DNA of 43,084 nucleotides from a virus (Duplodnaviria; Heunggongvirae; Uroviricota; Caudoviricetes): IMG/VR virus record IMGVR_UViG_2778261355_000014, positions 1 to 43,084 of that record; one strand, 5' to 3'. Shown piece by piece: positions 39,830 to 43,084 of this stretch (position 1 is its first letter; each line of letters starts with the position of its first letter). The notes under the pieces were generated by a model. It saw only the letters and a program-made list of their open reading frames with translations, ran no database searches and was not told where the DNA came from. The position numbers and the translations under genes were made by a program.

Positions 39830-40212
39830 TGGCACATTCGATTACTGTAAGACTAAACAAACCCGCAAGAGAGTTTCAGGCCGGGGAAAATATCGGATTC
39901 AACATCCGTGCTGGCGTTCAGTATTACGATCGCCAGACAAAAAAGAAAGAATGGACAAACTACAGCGCCGTTGTATTTGCCAAGCCGGGAGCGCAAGCGG
40001 ATTACTATCGTAGCGTTCTGGTTGAAGGAGGCATTGTAGAAATTACCGGAGAAAACATCAGGGTTGATGTTTATCAGGGGCAAAATGGTCAATCAATCAC
40101 TCTTGAATTACTGAATGCAAAGATTGGATTTGCAACCTCAGGAAACAGCCAACAGCAGCAAAGTAGCAATCATCAAAATCATCCTGAATACGACGATTCA
40201 ATTCCCTTCTAA
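39829..40212 (+). CDS. Hypothetical 127-aa early protein (abc1 position; possible ssDNA-binding)
   Basis: Start overlaps erf stop; Gln-rich C-terminus; function not assignable from sequence alone. Confidence 0.45.
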   Translation: MAHSITVRLNKPAREFQAGENIGFNIRAGVQYYDRQTKKKEWTNYSAVVFAKPGAQADYYRSVLVEGGIVEITGENIRVDVYQGQNGQSITLELLNAKIGFATSGNSQQQQSSNHQNHPEYDDSIPF

Positions 40213-40235
40213 AGTAGCAACATAAGGATTCCATT

Positions 40236-40532
40236 ATGCCAGCGCCTCTGTATGGTGCGGATGACCCGCGCCGCTGTTCCGGCAATTCCGTATCGGAGGT
40301 GCTGGATAAATTCAGAAAAAACTACGATCGGATAATGTCGCTACCGCAGGAAACGAAAGAGGAAAAGGAATTTCGCCATTGTATATGGCTTGCAGAGAAA
40401 GAAGAACGCGAGCGAATTTACCAGACATCAATCCGACCATTCCGCAAAGCCACATACACCCACTTCCCTGAATATATCGACCCGCGCCTGCGTAATTACC
40501 GCTCACGCTATGGCGCTATCAGTAATGACTGA
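40236..40532 (+). CDS. Abc2-like anti-RecBCD protein (tentative)
   Basis: 98 aa; position after erf as in P22; N-terminus [13 protein letters not shown] recalled as Abc2-like but not verified. Confidence 0.45.
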   Translation: MPAPLYGADDPRRCSGNSVSEVLDKFRKNYDRIMSLPQETKEEKEFRHCIWLAEKEERERIYQTSIRPFRKATYTHFPEYIDPRLRNYRSRYGAISND

Positions 40533-40542
40533 GGAATTTACC

Positions 40543-40707
40543 ATGAGAGGACTTGCATACAATCCAGGCATTCTTCCGGCAGAAATGATTATTCGCCAAC
40601 GCGTAAAGCCAATGCCATCGAGAGAGGAATTGCTTAAGAGAAATTCTTTTCCATCAGTGAATCAAAACAAATATCTGAATGCGATGTTGCGGAGTGGGAA
40701 GAAATGA
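40543..40707 (+). CDS. Small hypothetical protein
   Basis: 54 aa from MRGLAYNPG with GAGGAA RBS. Confidence 0.35.
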   Translation: MRGLAYNPGILPAEMIIRQRVKPMPSREELLKRNSFPSVNQNKYLNAMLRSGKK

Positions 40708-41222
40708 AACAAATGTCTCTAATTGAGATGGATGGTTTTCTGAAAGGTAAATGCATCCCACGAGATTTAAAGGTTAACGAAACAAACGCTGAATATCTGG
40801 TGCGTAAATTTGCTGAAGCGGAGGCCAAGTGCGCGGAGATGGCAGCGGAAAATGCGGGGCTGAAGTCTGGCGCTATGGACGAAATCAAGGTTATCAACCG
40901 TGGAGGGCAGGCATATTGCGTAAAAGATGGAGTGCAAGTTAATCCCATGTATGCAAGAGGGTGGAATGACTATCGCGCAAAGTCTCTGCAATCAGACACC
41001 CCAGCCACCGATGCTTTCCTGGCTGAAGTACGGGCGCAGGGCGTGGATGCTGCTATAGAAGCTGCAAAAAATCTGGTGGCCCAAGAATATGAGTATAAGG
41101 ATTTCAAAGCGGCGCAGAGTGATTGCTGTATGCACCCTGGTTCAGACCTGGTAGGGAAGGTTGAAATGACTGAGTGGTTAGTTGACTTTGCTGCCCAGCT
41201 TCGCAAAGGAGGCAACCGGTGA
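40704..41222 (+). CDS. Hypothetical 172-aa early protein
   Basis: ORF with start/stop overlaps to both neighbours. Confidence 0.5.
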   Translation: MKQMSLIEMDGFLKGKCIPRDLKVNETNAEYLVRKFAEAEAKCAEMAAENAGLKSGAMDEIKVINRGGQAYCVKDGVQVNPMYARGWNDYRAKSLQSDTPATDAFLAEVRAQGVDAAIEAAKNLVAQEYEYKDFKAAQSDCCMHPGSDLVGKVEMTEWLVDFAAQLRKGGNR

Positions 41223-41746
41223 GCGAAATTAATTACCAGGCACTGCGTGAAAAGGCAGAGAAAGCAACGTGTGGGGTGTGGTCGCTCGAATATGGAGAGA
41301 GCCCATTTGATTGTGATGATGCGCTAATTCATCGTGACGTTGTTGGATATCTTCCCATTTGCAGAATTGAAGGAGCGCATCCTGAAAGCGGTTTCGATGA
41401 AGATTTCCAAATGGAACAGCAGGCCAATGCTGAATTCATCGCTGCAGCCAATCCGGCTACTGTGCTGGCACTGCTGGATGAACGGGAAAGAAACCAGCAG
41501 TACATCAAACGCCGTGACCAGGAGAACGAGGATATTGCGCTAACGGTAGGGAAGCTGCGTGTTGAACTGGAAGCCGCAGAGAAGCGCAACGCAGAACTGG
41601 AAGCGCGGGAAATACTGCTCCCGGAACGTAGCAGTATGCTTCATCGAACAGATTTTCACGAGGATTACCAAACGGTAATGGCATACAAAGTTTCTGAGGT
41701 CATCGCTGCAATCCGCGCCGCTGGCATTCGCATCAAAGGAGAGTGA
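41219..41746 (+). CDS. Ead/Ea22-like protein
   Basis: [18 protein letters not shown]-terminus and coiled-coil C-terminus typical of the lambdoid Ead/Ea22 family as recalled. Confidence 0.65.
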   Translation: MSEINYQALREKAEKATCGVWSLEYGESPFDCDDALIHRDVVGYLPICRIEGAHPESGFDEDFQMEQQANAEFIAAANPATVLALLDERERNQQYIKRRDQENEDIALTVGKLRVELEAAEKRNAELEAREILLPERSSMLHRTDFHEDYQTVMAYKVSEVIAAIRAAGIRIKGE

Positions 41747-41747
41747 G

Positions 41748-41939
41748 ATGTACGGACAAATATCAATCGTTCGACCAGGAACATGTGACGATCGCGAAAT
41801 ACGAATAATTATTCGTCTGGCAATGGGGAAAACAATAACTGCTCTCATTACCCCAGAAAATCTCGCATTAGCATTAACCGGAAAGTCAGACCAGCCAGTA
41901 GAGCTAAAGCTGCGAAATGTTGAGATTAAGGTGAAATAG
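41748..41939 (+). CDS. Small hypothetical protein
   Basis: 63-aa ORF tightly packed between neighbours. Confidence 0.4.
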   Translation: MYGQISIVRPGTCDDREIRIIIRLAMGKTITALITPENLALALTGKSDQPVELKLRNVEIKVK

Positions 41940-41941
41940 CT

Positions 41942-42475
41942 ATGACCACTATTACCAAAGAACGTATCGAATTATTCATTAAAAATCCGCTTGATAACGG
42001 GCTTACCCGTGGCGAACAAATGGAACTGGCACGAATTGCACTGGCATCGCTGGGAGCAGAACCTGTAAGCCAAACTTACAACTTGCCAGAATTAATCGAA
42101 GGCATGGAGGTTTCCATTGATGTAAGCACTTGTGATGCGGATTTAGGTAATCGCTATTTCGGCACCGTCACCGAGGCGTTAGAACTTGATACTGCCAAGA
42201 ATGGTTACATCCTCCTGGTTCAGGACGCAGAGCCAAACTTCGATGTAAATGGCAACTCTCCGGTAACTCCGGATGGTTGGATAAGCTGTAGTGATCGAAT
42301 GCCGGAAGACACCAAAATGTTACTGGCATTTAGTCAAGGTGAAATCGTGGCAGCATATTGGAACTGGGTTGTAAATCCAATTGATTACAAAAAATATAGA
42401 GCTTTCACGTATTTATCAGGAAATATCTTGGATGACGTAACTCACTGGATGCCGCTACCAGAGCCTCCACTTTGA
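41942..42475 (+). CDS. DUF551-type phage protein
   Basis: C-terminal DGWISCSDRMPEDTK...VTHWMPLPEPP motif typical of DUF551. Confidence 0.6.
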   Translation: MTTITKERIELFIKNPLDNGLTRGEQMELARIALASLGAEPVSQTYNLPELIEGMEVSIDVSTCDADLGNRYFGTVTEALELDTAKNGYILLVQDAEPNFDVNGNSPVTPDGWISCSDRMPEDTKMLLAFSQGEIVAAYWNWVVNPIDYKKYRAFTYLSGNILDDVTHWMPLPEPPL

Positions 42476-42571
42476 AAGCGAAGCTTATACATATCTTTTA
42501 CATCAGCAATCTATTGTTAATCTCCAATCAATGTTACGTTGTCATCTCACTCATGCTTTGGAGGTAGTGAT

Positions 42572-42751
42572 ATGTCTTGTCCAAAATGCGGTTCTGGAAA
42601 TATTGCAAAAGAAAAAACAATGCGTGGATGGTCTGGTGATTATGTGTGCTGCGATTGCGGATACAACGACTCTAAAGACGCATTTGGAGAGCGTGGTAAA
42701 AACGAGTTTGTCAAAATTAATAAAGAACGCGAAGGCAGCGAAAAAAGCTAA
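42572..42751 (+). CDS. Small zinc-ribbon protein
   Basis: 59 aa from MSCPKCGSGN... with second CCDCG pair; GGAGG RBS. Confidence 0.45.
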   Translation: MSCPKCGSGNIAKEKTMRGWSGDYVCCDCGYNDSKDAFGERGKNEFVKINKEREGSEKS

Positions 42752-42816
42752 TTTATTTATTCATATATGAAAACAATGTAACCAATATTCGAATTGAAGA
42801 ACTGAAAGAACACCAA

Positions 42817-42838
42817 GCCGCCTGATGGCGGTTTTTTT
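42817..42838 (+). terminator. Rho-independent terminator upstream of torI
   Basis: gccgcc-tgat-ggcggt hairpin followed by tttttttat. Confidence 0.7.
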
Positions 42839-42883
42839 ATTACCTGATTTGCAGGTTCGATTCCCTATTCGGAGATAGCACTC

Positions 42884-43084
42884 ATGCAACACGAACTACA
42901 ACCTGATTCACTGGTTGATTTGAAATTCATCATGGCTGATACTGGCTTTGGTAAAACCTTCATCTACGACCGGATTAAGTCCGGCGACCTGCCTAAAGCC
43001 AAAGTTATCCACGGTCGAGCAAGATGGTTATATCGTGACCATTGTGAATTCAAAAATAAGCTTTTAAGCCGCGCCAATGGGTAA
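42884..43084 (+). CDS. torI: Excisionase / recombination directionality factor (TorI/AlpA family)
   Basis: 66-aa MQHELQPDSLVDLKFIMADTGFGKTFIYDRIKSGDLPKAKVIHGRARWLYRDHCEFKNKLLSRANG matches K-12 KplE1 TorI as recalled; stop codon is the last triplet of the window. Confidence 0.85.
   Translation: MQHELQPDSLVDLKFIMADTGFGKTFIYDRIKSGDLPKAKVIHGRARWLYRDHCEFKNKLLSRANG

Larger units (their letters stand above)
2908..43084. mobile_element. P22-like/lambdoid prophage at argW (KplE1/Sf6-type int...xis layout); right end beyond window
   Basis: Continuous phage gene content from intS to torI; host genes only to the left of argW. Confidence 0.85.

Overview
The window runs from an E. coli host flank (partial IS1, mlaA, yfdC, tRNA-Arg argW) into a near-complete P22-like/lambdoid prophage integrated at argW, which fills 2908-43084 and continues past the window end. 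The prophage has the KplE1/Sf6-type layout: the integrase (intS) sits beside the tRNA at attL, while the excisionase (torI) is at the far end, so attR is not visible. Reading from the argW side the order is: intS; an AT-rich 581-aa glycosyltransferase-like moron; tailspike; immI (ant, arc, mnt); a moron cluster where P22 carries sieA; P22-like ejection, tail, head and terminase genes; KilA-N protein; lambda-type lysis cassette (S, R, Rz/Rz1); two phage tRNAs; Q; nin region; DnaB-like helicase; O-like initiator with ori iterons; cII, cro, cI, N with nutL/nutR; early-left recombination genes (erf, abc-like, ead/Ea22, DUF551); torI. Protein identities rest on recall of lambda, P22 and K-12 sequences, not on a search. 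The best candidates for something undescribed are the glycosyltransferase-like gene between intS and the tailspike, the multi-gene moron cluster at 10328-12671, and a 207-aa ORF just downstream of N. No CRISPR array, no stx toxin and no rexAB were seen.
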